Source: Candidatus Poribacteria bacterium (GTDB taxonomy: Bacteria > Poribacteria > WGA-4E > WGA-3G). From it: DNA of 64,000 nucleotides. Both the position numbers and the translations under genes were made by a program. Below, piece by piece: positions 45,612 to 56,599 of this stretch. The notes under the pieces are model-generated. The model saw nothing but the letters and a program-made list of their open reading frames with translations, did not search any database and was not told the DNA's origin. Numbering within the stretch: position 1 is the first letter of the stretch; every line of letters starts with the position of its first letter. The stretch covers positions 1,280,001 to 1,344,000 of the forward strand of contig CAXXLX010000001.1 of NCBI GenBank assembly GCA_963665235.2, read 5' to 3'.

Positions 45612-46517
45612 TCAAAAATCGACTGCTTTCTGCAGCTCGCGATACCGCTCCTCGATTTCGCGGAATTGGACAGACTTTTGGCGGTTAATGCTGAAATCTT
45701 CAATGTTGAAGGAGGCGATAACGGTGCCATATATCATCGCTTTGCGGATGGCGGTCTCTGATGTGGCATCAACAGCGGCGAGATATCCTATAAACCCCCC
45801 GGCGAAACTGTCGCCTGCTCCCGTAGGGTCGGCAACTTTTGTGAGCGGATATGCCGGTGCGCTGAAGAAAGATGTGTCCGTGACGCTGATTGCTCCGTGT
45901 TCTCCCTTCTTGACAATAACCCGTTTGGGCCCGTAGTGCAGAATTGCACGTGCGGCCTTTATCAGATTAGATTCACCGGTTAGTAAACGTGCCTCGCTAT
46001 CGTTCAGGATGAGGATATCCACGTGTGCTATCGTTTCGATTAAAGCTTCTGGCTCCTGGTTAATCCAGAAATCCATTGTATCACAGACGACTAATTTTGG
46101 GTTTGATGTCTGCTCAATGATGCTCAATTGCAGCTGGGGTGGGTTGTTGGCGAGGAAGATATAAGGGGTTTTTTTATAGACATCGGGCAGAATAGGGTTA
46201 AAATCGTTGACGACGTTCAATTCCGTAAAAAGCGTCCCGCGTACGTTGAAGTCTTCCGAATACCGGCCGCCCCATCGGAACGTTTTGCCATTTTCGATAC
46301 GTTTTAAGCCTTGGAGGTCAATTCCACGGGTCTGTAGAAAATCGGTGTGGGTGTGAGCGAAATCAGACCCGACCACACCGACGAGTCGAACGGGTGCCTC
46401 AAAAAAACTCGCTGCGACAGCAGCATAAACCCCAGAACCTCCGACAACATCTTCAACGCGTTTGTGAGGGGTTTCTACGGTATCCAGTGTCACCGTTCCG
46501 ACAATTAATACACCCAT
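45612..46517 (-). CDS. PfkB family carbohydrate/nucleoside kinase
   Basis: GGSG, DPTGAGDSFAGG. Confidence 0.92.
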   Translation of the reverse strand: MGVLIVGTVTLDTVETPHKRVEDVVGGSGVYAAVAASFFEAPVRLVGVVGSDFAHTHTDFLQTRGIDLQGLKRIENGKTFRWGGRYSEDFNVRGTLFTELNVVNDFNPILPDVYKKTPYIFLANNPPQLQLSIIEQTSNPKLVVCDTMDFWINQEPEALIETIAHVDILILNDSEARLLTGESNLIKAARAILHYGPKRVIVKKGEHGAISVTDTSFFSAPAYPLTKVADPTGAGDSFAGGFIGYLAAVDATSETAIRKAMIYGTVIASFNIEDFSINRQKSVQFREIEERYRELQKAVDF

Positions 46518-46542
46518 TATTTAGCTATCTCCATCGGTTTTG

Positions 46543-46788
46543 CTAGAACAGAAAGGGGCCTGGTCGATTTTTGTTATCGCGCATTGCTCGGAGGATGCGG
46601 CGTAAGCGGCGGATGAGAATAACACCGAGGACAATAACAACCGGTACTTGCAAAAATCCCAATAATCTTAGGATTCCCGCTGGAAATTGGAGCTTGCCAG
46701 CGTGTGCTAACCATATCGGTAATAACAGAAGGGCTGAAAGGAGTAATATGATGCTTTCCCAGATTTCCGATTTCTTCATCTGTTTCAC
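46543..46788 (-). CDS. Small two-TM membrane protein
   Basis: Two hydrophobic helices; fills the gap between ahcY and pfkB. Confidence 0.6.
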   Translation of the reverse strand: MKQMKKSEIWESIILLLSALLLLPIWLAHAGKLQFPAGILRLLGFLQVPVVIVLGVILIRRLRRILRAMRDNKNRPGPFLF

Positions 46789-46797
46789 CGTTGGCTA

Positions 46798-48060
46798 TTA
46801 GGTGCCCATTTCCCATGAATTGAGATATTTTTCCTGTTCTGGTGTGAGCGTATCAATTTCAATACCGAATGCGGCTAACTTGAGGCTTGCAACTTCCTCG
46901 TCAATAGATTTGGGAACGTCGTAAACTCGATTTTCAAAGGATTGGTGATTTTGGGCGATATATTCTAGAGATAACGCCTGATTGGCGAAGCTCATGTCCA
47001 TGACACTTGCTGGGTGTCCCTCAGCGGATGCAAGGTTGACTAACCGTCCCTCGCCGATGAGATACACCGTGTTACCGTTTTGGAGGGTGTATGCCTCGAC
47101 GAATTTGCGTGCTGTGGCCTTTTCGACTGCGAGTTCTTCAAGTGCGGGGATATCAATTTCGACGTTAAAATGCCCTGAGTTAGCGATAATTGTGCCATCT
47201 TTCATCGCCTCGAAATGCGATTTTCGGAGGACGTGGATATCGCCTGTTAGGGTCACGATAAGGTCAGCTTCCTGAACGGCGTTTTGCATGGGCATAACTC
47301 GGAATCCATCCATGACAGCTTCCAACGCTTTCAAAGCGTTAACCTCTGTTACGATAACATTTGCGCCGAGGCCGCGGGCACGATTTGCTACGCCTCTACC
47401 GCACCATCCGTATCCTGCCACGACAACGGTTGTTCCTGCAATGAGCAGATTAGTTGAGCGAATGATGCCATCTAACGTGCTTTGCCCGGTGCCGTATCGG
47501 TTATCAAAGAAATGTTTTGTATCGGCATCGTTAACAGCAATAATTGGGTATTTCAGGACACCTTCAGCTGCCATGCTTTTGAGTCGAATAACCCCGGTTG
47601 TTGTTTCTTCAGTACCAGCAATTACTTGTTCAACAAGGGCAGGGTTCGTCTCCTCGGAGTGTAGTCTTGAGACGAGGTCAGCTCCATCATCCATCGTAAT
47701 CGTAGGTTGGGCATTGAGGGCGGAGTCGATGTGTTGATAATAGGTCTCTGTATCCTCCCCGTTAATTGCAAAGACACCGATTTTCTCATCAACGACGAGG
47801 GCTGCGGCGACATCGTCCTGTGTGCTGAGCGGATTTGATGCACACAAGACCAATTCGGCACCGCCCGCCTTCAAGGTCTTCATCAGATTTGCTGTTTCGG
47901 TTGTGACATGTAGGCATGCGGCGATGTTTAATCCTTGGAGTGGACGTTCTTTTGCGAACCGTTCTCGGATAGATGTGAGTACCGGCATAAACCTATTTGC
48001 CCAGTCAATCCGCTGTTTTCCTGTAGCTGCAAGGTCTGTGCTTTTGATATCGTAGTCCAT
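46798..48060 (-). CDS. ahcY: Adenosylhomocysteinase
   Basis: [42 protein letters not shown]; start MDYD with AGGAGG. Confidence 0.97.
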   Translation of the reverse strand: MDYDIKSTDLAATGKQRIDWANRFMPVLTSIRERFAKERPLQGLNIAACLHVTTETANLMKTLKAGGAELVLCASNPLSTQDDVAAALVVDEKIGVFAINGEDTETYYQHIDSALNAQPTITMDDGADLVSRLHSEETNPALVEQVIAGTEETTTGVIRLKSMAAEGVLKYPIIAVNDADTKHFFDNRYGTGQSTLDGIIRSTNLLIAGTTVVVAGYGWCGRGVANRARGLGANVIVTEVNALKALEAVMDGFRVMPMQNAVQEADLIVTLTGDIHVLRKSHFEAMKDGTIIANSGHFNVEIDIPALEELAVEKATARKFVEAYTLQNGNTVYLIGEGRLVNLASAEGHPASVMDMSFANQALSLEYIAQNHQSFENRVYDVPKSIDEEVASLKLAAFGIEIDTLTPEQEKYLNSWEMGT

Positions 48061-48068
48061 GAGCCTCC

Positions 48069-49196
48069 TTAGGTCTTTAATTTTTCGACATAATCGGTTT
48101 GTTCCCATGTGAAACCTGCTTCGGTGCGGCCGAAGTGTCCATAAGCTGCGGTGTTTCTATAGATAGGTTCGCGGAGTTTCAACCGTTCGATAATACCTGC
48201 GGGTGTGAGTTCGAAATGCTGCTGGATTAATTGTGCTGCGCGTTCATCGTCTCCGGTGCCGAAGGTATCGACCATAACGGAGACAGGGGTTTTGCGTCCG
48301 ATTGCGTAAGCGATTTGGATTTCGCACCGTTCGGCTAACCCAGCGGCGACGAGATTTTTGGCGGCGTGGCGTGCGGCATAAGTTGCGCTTCTATCAACTT
48401 TGGTTGGGTCTTTTCCGGAGAGCGCGCCGCCGCCATGCCGGCCCATTCCGCCATAAGTATCAACGATAATTTTGCGCCCGGTTAATCCGGCATCGCCGTG
48501 GGGGCCACCCGTCACAAAACGTCCGGTGGGGTTAATGTGGTACACTACATCAGGGCTCATAAGGTTTTCAGGGATAACTTTTTTGATAACCTCCTCGATG
48601 ATACCTTCCTTTAGGTCAGTATCAGCGACATCTGGGTCATGTTGTGCGGAGACAACAACCGTTTTGACGTGTACCGGTCTGTTATCAACATATTCGACCG
48701 TTACCTGCGATTTTCCATCAGGTCTGATGAAATCGAGGATATTGGTTTTGCGAACTTCAGCGAGGCGGCGCGTTAATTGGTGAGCTAAGGTAATCGGCAG
48801 CGGCATCAATTCCGGTGTTTCTGTGCATGCGTAACCGAACATTAACCCCTGGTCGCCTGCCCCGCCTGGGTTGACCCCCATTGCAATATCAGGCGATTGT
48901 TTATCAATAGCGGTTAAAACTGCGCTATGTTCAGCATCAAACCCGTAGCTTGCATCGGTATACCCGATGTCAGCTATGACTGCTCGGGCAACTTCTTGCA
49001 AATTAGGGGTTGCTGTTGTGGTAATTTCACCTGCAATAAGGACAAGCCCTGTTGTTACGAGGGTTTCACAGGCGACTCTGCCCGTTGTATCTTCTGTCAG
49101 GATGGCATCTAGAATAGCATCAGAGATCTGGTCAGCGATTTTATCCGGATGTCCTTCCGTGACCGATTCGGACGTAAACAAAAAATTTTGGTTCAA
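48069..49196 (-). CDS. metK: S-adenosylmethionine synthetase
   Basis: [28 protein letters not shown]. Confidence 0.98.
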   Translation of the reverse strand: MNQNFLFTSESVTEGHPDKIADQISDAILDAILTEDTTGRVACETLVTTGLVLIAGEITTTATPNLQEVARAVIADIGYTDASYGFDAEHSAVLTAIDKQSPDIAMGVNPGGAGDQGLMFGYACTETPELMPLPITLAHQLTRRLAEVRKTNILDFIRPDGKSQVTVEYVDNRPVHVKTVVVSAQHDPDVADTDLKEGIIEEVIKKVIPENLMSPDVVYHINPTGRFVTGGPHGDAGLTGRKIIVDTYGGMGRHGGGALSGKDPTKVDRSATYAARHAAKNLVAAGLAERCEIQIAYAIGRKTPVSVMVDTFGTGDDERAAQLIQQHFELTPAGIIERLKLREPIYRNTAAYGHFGRTEAGFTWEQTDYVEKLKT

Positions 49197-49301
49197 TTCG
49201 GCTCTCCTGTTCTGTGCATTGGTCCCCGCATCTGACTAGCATAGCGTGGGACCAGCATTCAGAAAATTCAGGGTTGTGTTCATCAGCCGTTGCTGTGAAC
49301 G

Positions 49302-52112
49302 TTAATTCTCTGCGTTTTCAGCGTCTTCCGGGGTTTCAGCGTCGTCATTGTCCTCGGTCACTTCTCCGGGGTCAGCGTCATTTTCGGCCTCGGTTTGCGC
49401 TTCGGGTGTGTCAACGTCATCCTCGGTTTGTGCTTCAGCCGTTTCGACCGTTTCCACAGTGTCAGCACTTTCCGCAGTTTCGGGGGTTTCAGCGTCGTCG
49501 TTGTCCTCGGTTTGCGCTTCGGGTGTGTCAACGTCATCCTCGGCTTGCGTATTATCCTCGGTTTGTGCTTCAGCCGTTTCAGCGTCATCTTCGGTTTGCG
49601 CTTCGGGTGTGTCAGCGTCATCCTCGGCTTGCGTATTATCCTCGGTTTGTGCTTCAACCGTTTCAGCGTCATCTTCGGTTTGCGCTTCGGGTGTGTCAGC
49701 GTCATCCTCGGCTTGCGTATTATCCTCGGTTTGTGCTTCAGCCGTTTCAGCGTCATCTTCGGTTTGTGCTTCAGCCGTTTCGACCGTTTCCACAGTTTCG
49801 GGGGTTTCCACAGTTTCGGGGGTTTCCGCAGTTTCAGTATCCGCTTCGCTTTCAGCAGTCGGCAAATCTTTTGCGTTTTCTGCGTTGGATCTTCCGATTT
49901 CCCTCTTGAGCAGTGCGGCCATCACGGTTTCTTCCTCTTCTTCAACCGGTTTAGGTCGTCTCGTTTCACGTTGGGAAGTTGCGCGTTCACGTCGGGGTCG
50001 CCTTTGCCGTTCTTCTTGCGGTGTTGTCATCTGTTCTTGGTCTACTTCAGCGGCTTTCAGGCTCAAACCGATGCGTCTGTTTTTCGGGTCTAGATTAATC
50101 ACTTTCACGTTTACTTCTTCGCCAACAGCGACAATTTCTTCAGGTCTTTCGATGCGTCTATTAGCGAGTTCAGAGATGTGGATTAATCCTTCAATCCCTT
50201 CCTCAAGTTTTGTGAATGCGCCAAAGCTGGTGAGGTTGACAATTTCGCCGAGTACGGTGGTGCCGACCTTATATTTTTCGGGGACTTCGTCCCAGGGGTC
50301 GGGTTGGGTCTGCTTAAACCCGAGTGAGACTCGGCGTTCAGCTGCATCGATTTGCAGGACGACAACATCTACCTGTTCCCCTTCCTTCAAAATTTCGTGG
50401 GGGTTCGCCACACGTTGTGTCCATGAAAGGTCAGTGGTATGAATTAATCCATCGATGCCATCTTCGATTTCGACAAACGCGCCAAAATTCGTGAGATTTC
50501 GGATACGTCCCGTAATTTTTGTCCCGATGGGGTACTTCTGTTCTAGGAGTTCCCAGGGATTCTGCTGTAGCTGCTTGATACCGAGTGAAATCCGTTTGTC
50601 CTCTTTGGAGATTTCCAGTACTATGGCTTCGACCTCATCCCCTTTATTGACAATTCGGGAGGGTGCAACGTTGCGGCGTGTCCATGCCATTTCGGAAACG
50701 TGAATTAGGCCCTCGACAGCTTCTTCAAGTTGAACGAACGCGCCATAGTTGACAATGTTAACAACTGTGCCTTTGACAGTTGAGCCGACTGGATATTTTT
50801 CGGCGACGTTTTGCCAGGGGTCATCCGTTTTCTGTTTCAAGCCTAGTGAAATTTTTTCGCTTTCCCGGTTGATAGCGATGACTTGTACTTCAAGTTCTTG
50901 ACTAACGGAGACGATTTCGGCGGGGTGATGGATTCGCTTCCATGCCATGTCTGTCTTATGGAGTAGTCCATCAATTCCGCCGAGGTCAACGAACGCTCCG
51001 AAGTCGGTGATGTTTTTGACAGTGCCTGTCACGAGTTGGCCGACTTCGAGGGTATTGAGGACCTCCGCTTTTTTCTCTGCTAGTTCTCTTTCCAACCATG
51101 CTCTTCTGGACAAAACGATATTGTGGCGTCGCTTACTCAAGCTGATGACTTGCATCTGAAAGACCTCACCGACATATTGGTCGAGGTTTTGAACAGGTCG
51201 CAGTTCCACTTGGGAAGCGGGCAAAAATCCTCGTAAAGAGCCGACGGTTACGTGGAGTCCGCCTTTAATTCGTTCCGTAATTCGGCCTTCGACGGGTAAA
51301 TTGTTGTCATGAGCGGCGGTTATTTCGTCCCAAATAAGCGTTTGGTCCGCGATCTTCTTTGAAAGGACAATTTGTCCATCAGCGTCCTCGCGCCGGACGA
51401 TGTACACGTCGATTTCGTCTCCCACCTGTACGGCGGGCAAATCGTCCTGATCGGTGCCGAACTCCTCTGCTGGAATGTAGCCTTCCGATTTAAAACCGAT
51501 ATCGATCATGACTTCGTCGCGACTTATATCGACGACGATTCCTTTAACAATTTCGCCATCTGTGAACGCCTTGAGTGAGTTATCGTAAGCCTCTTCGAGA
51601 GATTCTTGGCTCATTATGGCCGGCTGTTCTGGCTCGGTTGTTTCACTTTCGGTATCAGTGGTTTGTTCGGTTTCCGTGGCTTCTACCTCAGGTGTATCGC
51701 TCGTACCGTCATCCGTTGCGGCGGGTTCATCAGCATCGATAGTTTGTTCAGTTGCAGTGGGTTCATCAACATCAGCGGTCGGTTCGGTTTCGTCTGCTGT
51801 TGCCTCGAGTGTATCGCTCGTATCATCATCAGCTGCAGCGGGTTCATCAGCGGGTGGAGCTGCCTGTTCCGTTTCAGTATCCTCAGCGGTGGCTTCCGGT
51901 TCTTCGGCTTCAGTTGTCGCTGCATCCGCAACTTCGGGGGCACTTTCAGAATCCTGCGCCTCCGAGTCGGGTGTTTCTGTCTCGCTTACGTCTTCCTGAA
52001 CCGCTTCAGTTGTATCTTCAACTGAGTGCTTCTCTTCATCCACATCGACAGTGGTTTCATCTATGTTTGTTTGTTCGTTATTCATTAACATAACATGGGT
52101 TTCTCTACACAC
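49302..52112 (-). CDS. rpsA: 30S ribosomal protein S1 with long acidic N- and C-terminal extensions (start may be 52091 or 52085)
   Basis: Six S1 domains (DIGFKSEG, GFLPASQ, FGAFVDLG, YGAFVQL, FGAFVEI, FGAFTKL). Confidence 0.93.
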   Translation of the reverse strand: MCRETHVMLMNNEQTNIDETTVDVDEEKHSVEDTTEAVQEDVSETETPDSEAQDSESAPEVADAATTEAEEPEATAEDTETEQAAPPADEPAAADDDTSDTLEATADETEPTADVDEPTATEQTIDADEPAATDDGTSDTPEVEATETEQTTDTESETTEPEQPAIMSQESLEEAYDNSLKAFTDGEIVKGIVVDISRDEVMIDIGFKSEGYIPAEEFGTDQDDLPAVQVGDEIDVYIVRREDADGQIVLSKKIADQTLIWDEITAAHDNNLPVEGRITERIKGGLHVTVGSLRGFLPASQVELRPVQNLDQYVGEVFQMQVISLSKRRHNIVLSRRAWLERELAEKKAEVLNTLEVGQLVTGTVKNITDFGAFVDLGGIDGLLHKTDMAWKRIHHPAEIVSVSQELEVQVIAINRESEKISLGLKQKTDDPWQNVAEKYPVGSTVKGTVVNIVNYGAFVQLEEAVEGLIHVSEMAWTRRNVAPSRIVNKGDEVEAIVLEISKEDKRISLGIKQLQQNPWELLEQKYPIGTKITGRIRNLTNFGAFVEIEDGIDGLIHTTDLSWTQRVANPHEILKEGEQVDVVVLQIDAAERRVSLGFKQTQPDPWDEVPEKYKVGTTVLGEIVNLTSFGAFTKLEEGIEGLIHISELANRRIERPEEIVAVGEEVNVKVINLDPKNRRIGLSLKAAEVDQEQMTTPQEERQRRPRRERATSQRETRRPKPVEEEEETVMAALLKREIGRSNAENAKDLPTAESEADTETAETPETVETPETVETVETAEAQTEDDAETAEAQTEDNTQAEDDADTPEAQTEDDAETVEAQTEDNTQAEDDADTPEAQTEDDAETAEAQTEDNTQAEDDVDTPEAQTEDNDDAETPETAESADTVETVETAEAQTEDDVDTPEAQTEAENDADPGEVTEDNDDAETPEDAENAEN
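49500..49775. repeat. 84-bp tandem repeat (about 3 copies) in the rpsA tail
   Basis: Unit EAQTEDDAETAEAQTEDNTQAEDDADTP. Confidence 0.85.
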
Positions 52113-52276
52113 AAAACTGCGGTAATTCCGCCCGTTCCTCCTTATTTCGACGAAGTGCTTTTGGCACTTTGAAATCGGTTACCTATATAGTATATCACAA
52201 CGTGCATAAAAATGCAACAAATTTTTAATATTTGACAGAATTGTGAATTTATGCCAAAATAAAAAACGGAGGAAAT

Positions 52277-53032
52277 ATGTTTATGAAATTTGCACGATAT
52301 GAATTGAATGGAACAATTGAGTACGGTATCGTTGATGGGAATAATTTGCGCGCGCTTGATGGCTGTCCGTTTACTGACTACAATGAAACTAGCGACACTG
52401 TTGCGCTGGCAGATGTGACGCTTCTCGCTCCGACAACTCCCTCGAAAGTTTTAGCTGTCGGTTTGAATTATCGGAGCCACTTGGGAGATGCTCCGGAACC
52501 TCAAAATCCGGAAATATTCATCAAAACGCCATCTTGTATCAATAACCCGGGGGGCGACATTGTGCTCCCAGAAGGCGATGATGATGTTCACGCCGAAGGC
52601 GAATTGGTAGTGATACTTAAGGAGCAGGCATGTAAGGTGACCCCTACAGAAGCGGAAGCGAAAATATTGGGCGTAACGTGTGGAAACGATGTGAGTGCGC
52701 GAACCTGGCAGAAAAACGATTTGCAATGGTGGCGTGCTAAAGCATCCGACACCTTCGGACCGATAGGGCCTGTCATCGCTACCGATGTTGACTATAACGA
52801 CCTGCAATTGGAAACCCGTATCAACGATGAGGTAGTTCAGGCACAAACCACAGGAGACCTTATTTTTCCGGTGCCCGTGATTGTGAGTTTCATCTCACAG
52901 GCGATAACGTTGGAACCCGGAGATGCGATTTTCACAGGGACACCCGGCACTACAACTGCCTTGAAAGCAGGCGATGTTGTTGAAATTGAGATTGAGGGCA
53001 TCGGCGTGTTGCGAAATAACGTTGTGGCCTAG
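52277..53032 (+). CDS. Fumarylacetoacetate hydrolase family protein
   Basis: VGLNYRSH, HAEGELVV, NDVSAR, FTGTPG. Confidence 0.92.
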   Translation: MFMKFARYELNGTIEYGIVDGNNLRALDGCPFTDYNETSDTVALADVTLLAPTTPSKVLAVGLNYRSHLGDAPEPQNPEIFIKTPSCINNPGGDIVLPEGDDDVHAEGELVVILKEQACKVTPTEAEAKILGVTCGNDVSARTWQKNDLQWWRAKASDTFGPIGPVIATDVDYNDLQLETRINDEVVQAQTTGDLIFPVPVIVSFISQAITLEPGDAIFTGTPGTTTALKAGDVVEIEIEGIGVLRNNVVA

Positions 53033-53049
53033 CTGTTTGAGGTGGAAAG

Positions 53050-53466
53050 ATGGCTAAAATTAAGATGTTTAAAGGATACGAGGGAATCCCGCCGATTCCG
53101 AAACCTAAGGAACAGGTAAAGGCGAACGTTGTCACAGTTCAAGATGGCGTGCCGGTTAAATATCCTGGTTGTGACGGCATTGGCGTGCGCGTTGTACATC
53201 CTGCGAACCCACAAGCTCCTGCCCAAAATTTAGGGATGGTGATGTTTTTTGTTCCCCCCCATGTCGTTTTGGAACCGGGCAGTCATCACACAGAGGAGTG
53301 CTATGTTATCATGCGTGGGGAGGGTACGATGACAGTTGCAGGGGAGAAGGTCGCTGTGAAAGCGGGGACGTTTATCCATCTCCCGCCGTGGTGTGAGCAC
53401 GGTATTGAAAACACTGGGGATGAAACGTTGGAAGTCCTAATCTGTACCTCGCCGCCGAATCCGTAA
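53050..53466 (+). CDS. Cupin domain protein
   Basis: HHTEECYVIMRGEG; PPWCEHGIEN. Confidence 0.88.
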   Translation: MAKIKMFKGYEGIPPIPKPKEQVKANVVTVQDGVPVKYPGCDGIGVRVVHPANPQAPAQNLGMVMFFVPPHVVLEPGSHHTEECYVIMRGEGTMTVAGEKVAVKAGTFIHLPPWCEHGIENTGDETLEVLICTSPPNP

Positions 53467-53478
53467 AAATGTTACGCG

Positions 53479-54273
53479 TTACCAGTCGCGTGTGTATCCG
53501 GCGGTCCATCCGCCATCAACGGTGAGAATAGCTCCGTTGATGTAGCTCGCTGCGGGGGCTACCAAAAAAAGCACGGCTGCGGCAATTTCTTCAGGTTTTC
53601 CCGGTCGCCCGAGCGGAATATGCGATAAGAGGCTGGTAGCCTTTTCTGTGTAGGTGCCATTGGGCCCATAAAAGAGTGCCTCTGTCCCGCGTGTTAGTGT
53701 GGAGCCCGGGGCGACCGCGTTGACGAGAATGCCTTGGGGCCCGAGTTCTAACGCCATTGAACGGGTTAGATTCGCAACGCCTGCCTTCGCGGCGACGAAC
53801 GCGCTTTGAAGCCGAAGCGGGACGAGTCCTGCAATAGAACTGATGTTAACAATACGCCCGGGCGGATTTTCGAGCATGTAGGGTATAACCGCCCGGCTCA
53901 CGACAAACACCCCTGTGAGGTCAACTTGTAGGATACGGTGCCAATCGGTTAAAGTGTATTGATGGATTGGCACGCGTTCACTACGTGTGTTAATGCCTGC
54001 GTTGTTGACAAGTATCTGAATTTTGTCGAATTGGGTTGCGATGTCCGCTGCGGCAGCTTCCATCTGTTCGGTATCGGCAACATCGCCTTCTACAAAGAGG
54101 CATGTTCCCCCTGCTTGTTGGATAGCTTGGGCGGTCTGTGTGCCAGCGTCGGTATCGATATCCACAATTGCGACGCGCGCGCCGTTTTCCACAAAGGCGT
54201 GCACGATAGCCTTACCGATTCCTTGTGCGCCGCCGGTTACAATTGCGTTGTAGCCTTCAAGCGGGATCTTCAT
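53479..54273 (-). CDS. SDR family oxidoreductase
   Basis: TGGAQGIG, NNAG; catalytic YxxxK appears as FVAAK. Confidence 0.9.
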   Translation of the reverse strand: MKIPLEGYNAIVTGGAQGIGKAIVHAFVENGARVAIVDIDTDAGTQTAQAIQQAGGTCLFVEGDVADTEQMEAAAADIATQFDKIQILVNNAGINTRSERVPIHQYTLTDWHRILQVDLTGVFVVSRAVIPYMLENPPGRIVNISSIAGLVPLRLQSAFVAAKAGVANLTRSMALELGPQGILVNAVAPGSTLTRGTEALFYGPNGTYTEKATSLLSHIPLGRPGKPEEIAAAVLFLVAPAASYINGAILTVDGGWTAGYTRDW

Positions 54274-54297
54274 GCGTTTTTCTCCTTGCGCGGGTGT

Positions 54298-55119
54298 CTA
54301 GGATGCTATCTGTGCGGTAAGCGTCAGCTCCGTTTTACCGTCGAGCCCCGCCACAACCGGAAAAGTCCGCTCTCCCTTACCATCTTTTGTTACAAATCTG
54401 ACCTGTGGCGAAAAGTAGGCGTAGAGTGCGGTGTTTCTGGGATTCGGCGATGTATTGGGCCCGGAGCCGTGCACCATGAGACTATGAAAAAATAGGGCAC
54501 TGCCTGCGGAGAGGGGGACATCCATCTGCTGTTTGGCGACATCCTCTCGGTCGGTAAGCTGTGCATCCTGTTGGCGTGCAATGCCTCCCCATTCTTGAAC
54601 GCCCCATAGATGACTGTGTGGAATGACCTTAAAACAACCGTTTTCTGGCGTGGCATCGTTTAGGGCAATACTGACTGTGACGAGGCTTGGGGGTTCCATC
54701 GGCCAGTATGCTGAATCCTGGTGCAGCCCGTGTGATGAGCCGTGGAATGCGGGTTTGAACATGAGCGTGCTTCTAAAGAGGAGCAGGTCTTCCCCGATGA
54801 GATTTCGGAGTACTGCAATAAGGTTGGGATGTTGTGCCAAATTCCGGAACACTTCTGAGTATTGGCGGGTATTTTCCGCCTTTCGCAGCACGGGTAATCT
54901 ATCCCCCTGCGTTTCGTCTTTCGCGAAGGGTTCACGTTGGACGTGCCTGCGTGCAATATCTGCGCGCTCCTTTTCTGCCTCAGATTCCTGCCCTGCAGCA
55001 AACTGATGCAACCGAAGCACTTCTGCCTGACATTCTTTTACCTCTGTAGGAGAGAGTAGGTTTTCAACAACGAGATAGCCTTCTGTCTCAAAAAAGGTTT
55101 TTTGAGCATTTTTATCCAT
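54298..55119 (-). CDS. Phytanoyl-CoA dioxygenase (PhyH) family Fe(II)/2OG enzyme
   Basis: HQDSAYW, ENGCFKVIPHSH, HGSGPN. Confidence 0.92.
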   Translation of the reverse strand: MDKNAQKTFFETEGYLVVENLLSPTEVKECQAEVLRLHQFAAGQESEAEKERADIARRHVQREPFAKDETQGDRLPVLRKAENTRQYSEVFRNLAQHPNLIAVLRNLIGEDLLLFRSTLMFKPAFHGSSHGLHQDSAYWPMEPPSLVTVSIALNDATPENGCFKVIPHSHLWGVQEWGGIARQQDAQLTDREDVAKQQMDVPLSAGSALFFHSLMVHGSGPNTSPNPRNTALYAYFSPQVRFVTKDGKGERTFPVVAGLDGKTELTLTAQIAS

Positions 55120-55121
55120 TT

Positions 55122-56570
55122 TTATCCTCCGATGATAAGTCGTTGAATTTCCAAGATGATACTTGAAACAGCAAACCCGATGTAAACCGCTGAGGCGATA
55201 AGCATCATTATGGTTGATAGCGTCTTGGGTTTAGCAAATTTAGGTAAAAATCGGTGGTTCATATAGAGCGTAAGGGGTACATAGATAGCCATTGCAATCC
55301 CACCCATATACGCTGCACTGAGAAGGAAACCGAGTCCACTGACATTTAAATTCTCCATTACATAAGTGAGCACACATCCAGCGACAATCCAGATTCCGAC
55401 GATGAGCAGGTACCACCAACTTAATTCCCGTTTTTGCGCGCCTTTGAAATTAGTGTAGATAATATCAGAGACGGAGCGGCCGACACCATCAAGCAGTGCA
55501 AGTTGTGTGCCGAAGAGGGTTGCGACTCCGACTAGCAGGAAAACCCGGCGTCCGAGTTCGCCAAAGCTTTTGCCTAATATATCCGCTTCGTCATAGATGA
55601 GTTGGTTTCTGTCAGGAACAATTCCTTCAGGATGCAAAACAGCGAGCGCGCCGAAAATAAAGAGCAGGATTGTAAAAGTATTGAGTGCCCAGAAGAAGAG
55701 CATCTGGTCGCGTTTGATGTATCCCCACCAGTCAGCGAATCGTCTGCGGTTTTCTTCTGTATCTGCGAAGAGGAATCCTGTTGCGGGAACTTTTTCTGTG
55801 CGTCCCCGTAGGGGGTTGCGGAGCCCTGGCACCCTTGCGCCCATCCCGATGTTTTTATCCCGTAAATAGAACGTATAGAAGAGATTAGCGGTGCCGCCTG
55901 CACCAGCGAATACCAACGCGATAAACAGTTTGCTTACCGACATATTTGGGTCTTTGTAACCGACGTTTATCAAACCTTTTCCTAACTCTTTCCATGTATC
56001 CAAGGAGCCTACTAAAATGGCAACGAAAATCAGTCCGATTGTCACAACAGCGACGAGTACCTCTATTGTGTGTTCTAAGGAGTTATAGACCAGCTTTGGA
56101 CCGAATAGGATAGCAGCGGCTGCTGTGAACGTTATTATTGTCCAAAAGGTGTCTGAACCCCAGAACGTTCCCTCTTGCCATTTTGCGTTGAAAAGGAGTG
56201 CTTTGAGGGCAGCCCCCGATTCGCGTGCCCAGCCGGGGGCAATCCAGCCGACTACAATAAGTAGAATAAACAGCGGCCCGAAACCACGCCAAATGCGACT
56301 GTAGCCGGTGTATACAGTTTCACCGGTAGCGATTGTCCATCTCCCGACCTCAAAGTTAATCCAGAGCTGAAGGAATACGCCGAGGACTGCTGCCCAGACC
56401 ATGCTTGCGCCGTACTCTGCGGCGATTAGGGGCCAAATTACAATTTCGCCAGCACCGATAGATAAACCGACTAAGATAGCACCAGGGCCAGCTATTTTCC
56501 AGAAAGGCAGCTGTTTTTCGGGTAAATCGACAGTTTTAAAATCATCAAGCGGTTCATAAATTTTTGACAT
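55122..56570 (-). CDS. Nramp-like/APC superfamily membrane transporter
   Basis: GPGAILVGLSIGAGE, RWTIATGET; about 11 TM segments. Confidence 0.8.
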   Translation of the reverse strand: MSKIYEPLDDFKTVDLPEKQLPFWKIAGPGAILVGLSIGAGEIVIWPLIAAEYGASMVWAAVLGVFLQLWINFEVGRWTIATGETVYTGYSRIWRGFGPLFILLIVVGWIAPGWARESGAALKALLFNAKWQEGTFWGSDTFWTIITFTAAAAILFGPKLVYNSLEHTIEVLVAVVTIGLIFVAILVGSLDTWKELGKGLINVGYKDPNMSVSKLFIALVFAGAGGTANLFYTFYLRDKNIGMGARVPGLRNPLRGRTEKVPATGFLFADTEENRRRFADWWGYIKRDQMLFFWALNTFTILLFIFGALAVLHPEGIVPDRNQLIYDEADILGKSFGELGRRVFLLVGVATLFGTQLALLDGVGRSVSDIIYTNFKGAQKRELSWWYLLIVGIWIVAGCVLTYVMENLNVSGLGFLLSAAYMGGIAMAIYVPLTLYMNHRFLPKFAKPKTLSTIMMLIASAVYIGFAVSSIILEIQRLIIGG

Positions 56571-56599
56571 ACTTCACTTCCTTCACATAGACACGAAAC

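Noticed and set aside
49197-49301. SAM or SAH riboswitch before metK
   Set aside because: Only a tggtccc/gggacca hairpin; no recognisable conserved aptamer core
49214-50442. Long antisense and alternate-frame ORFs over the rpsA tail
   Set aside because: Artefacts of low-complexity repeats lacking stop codons
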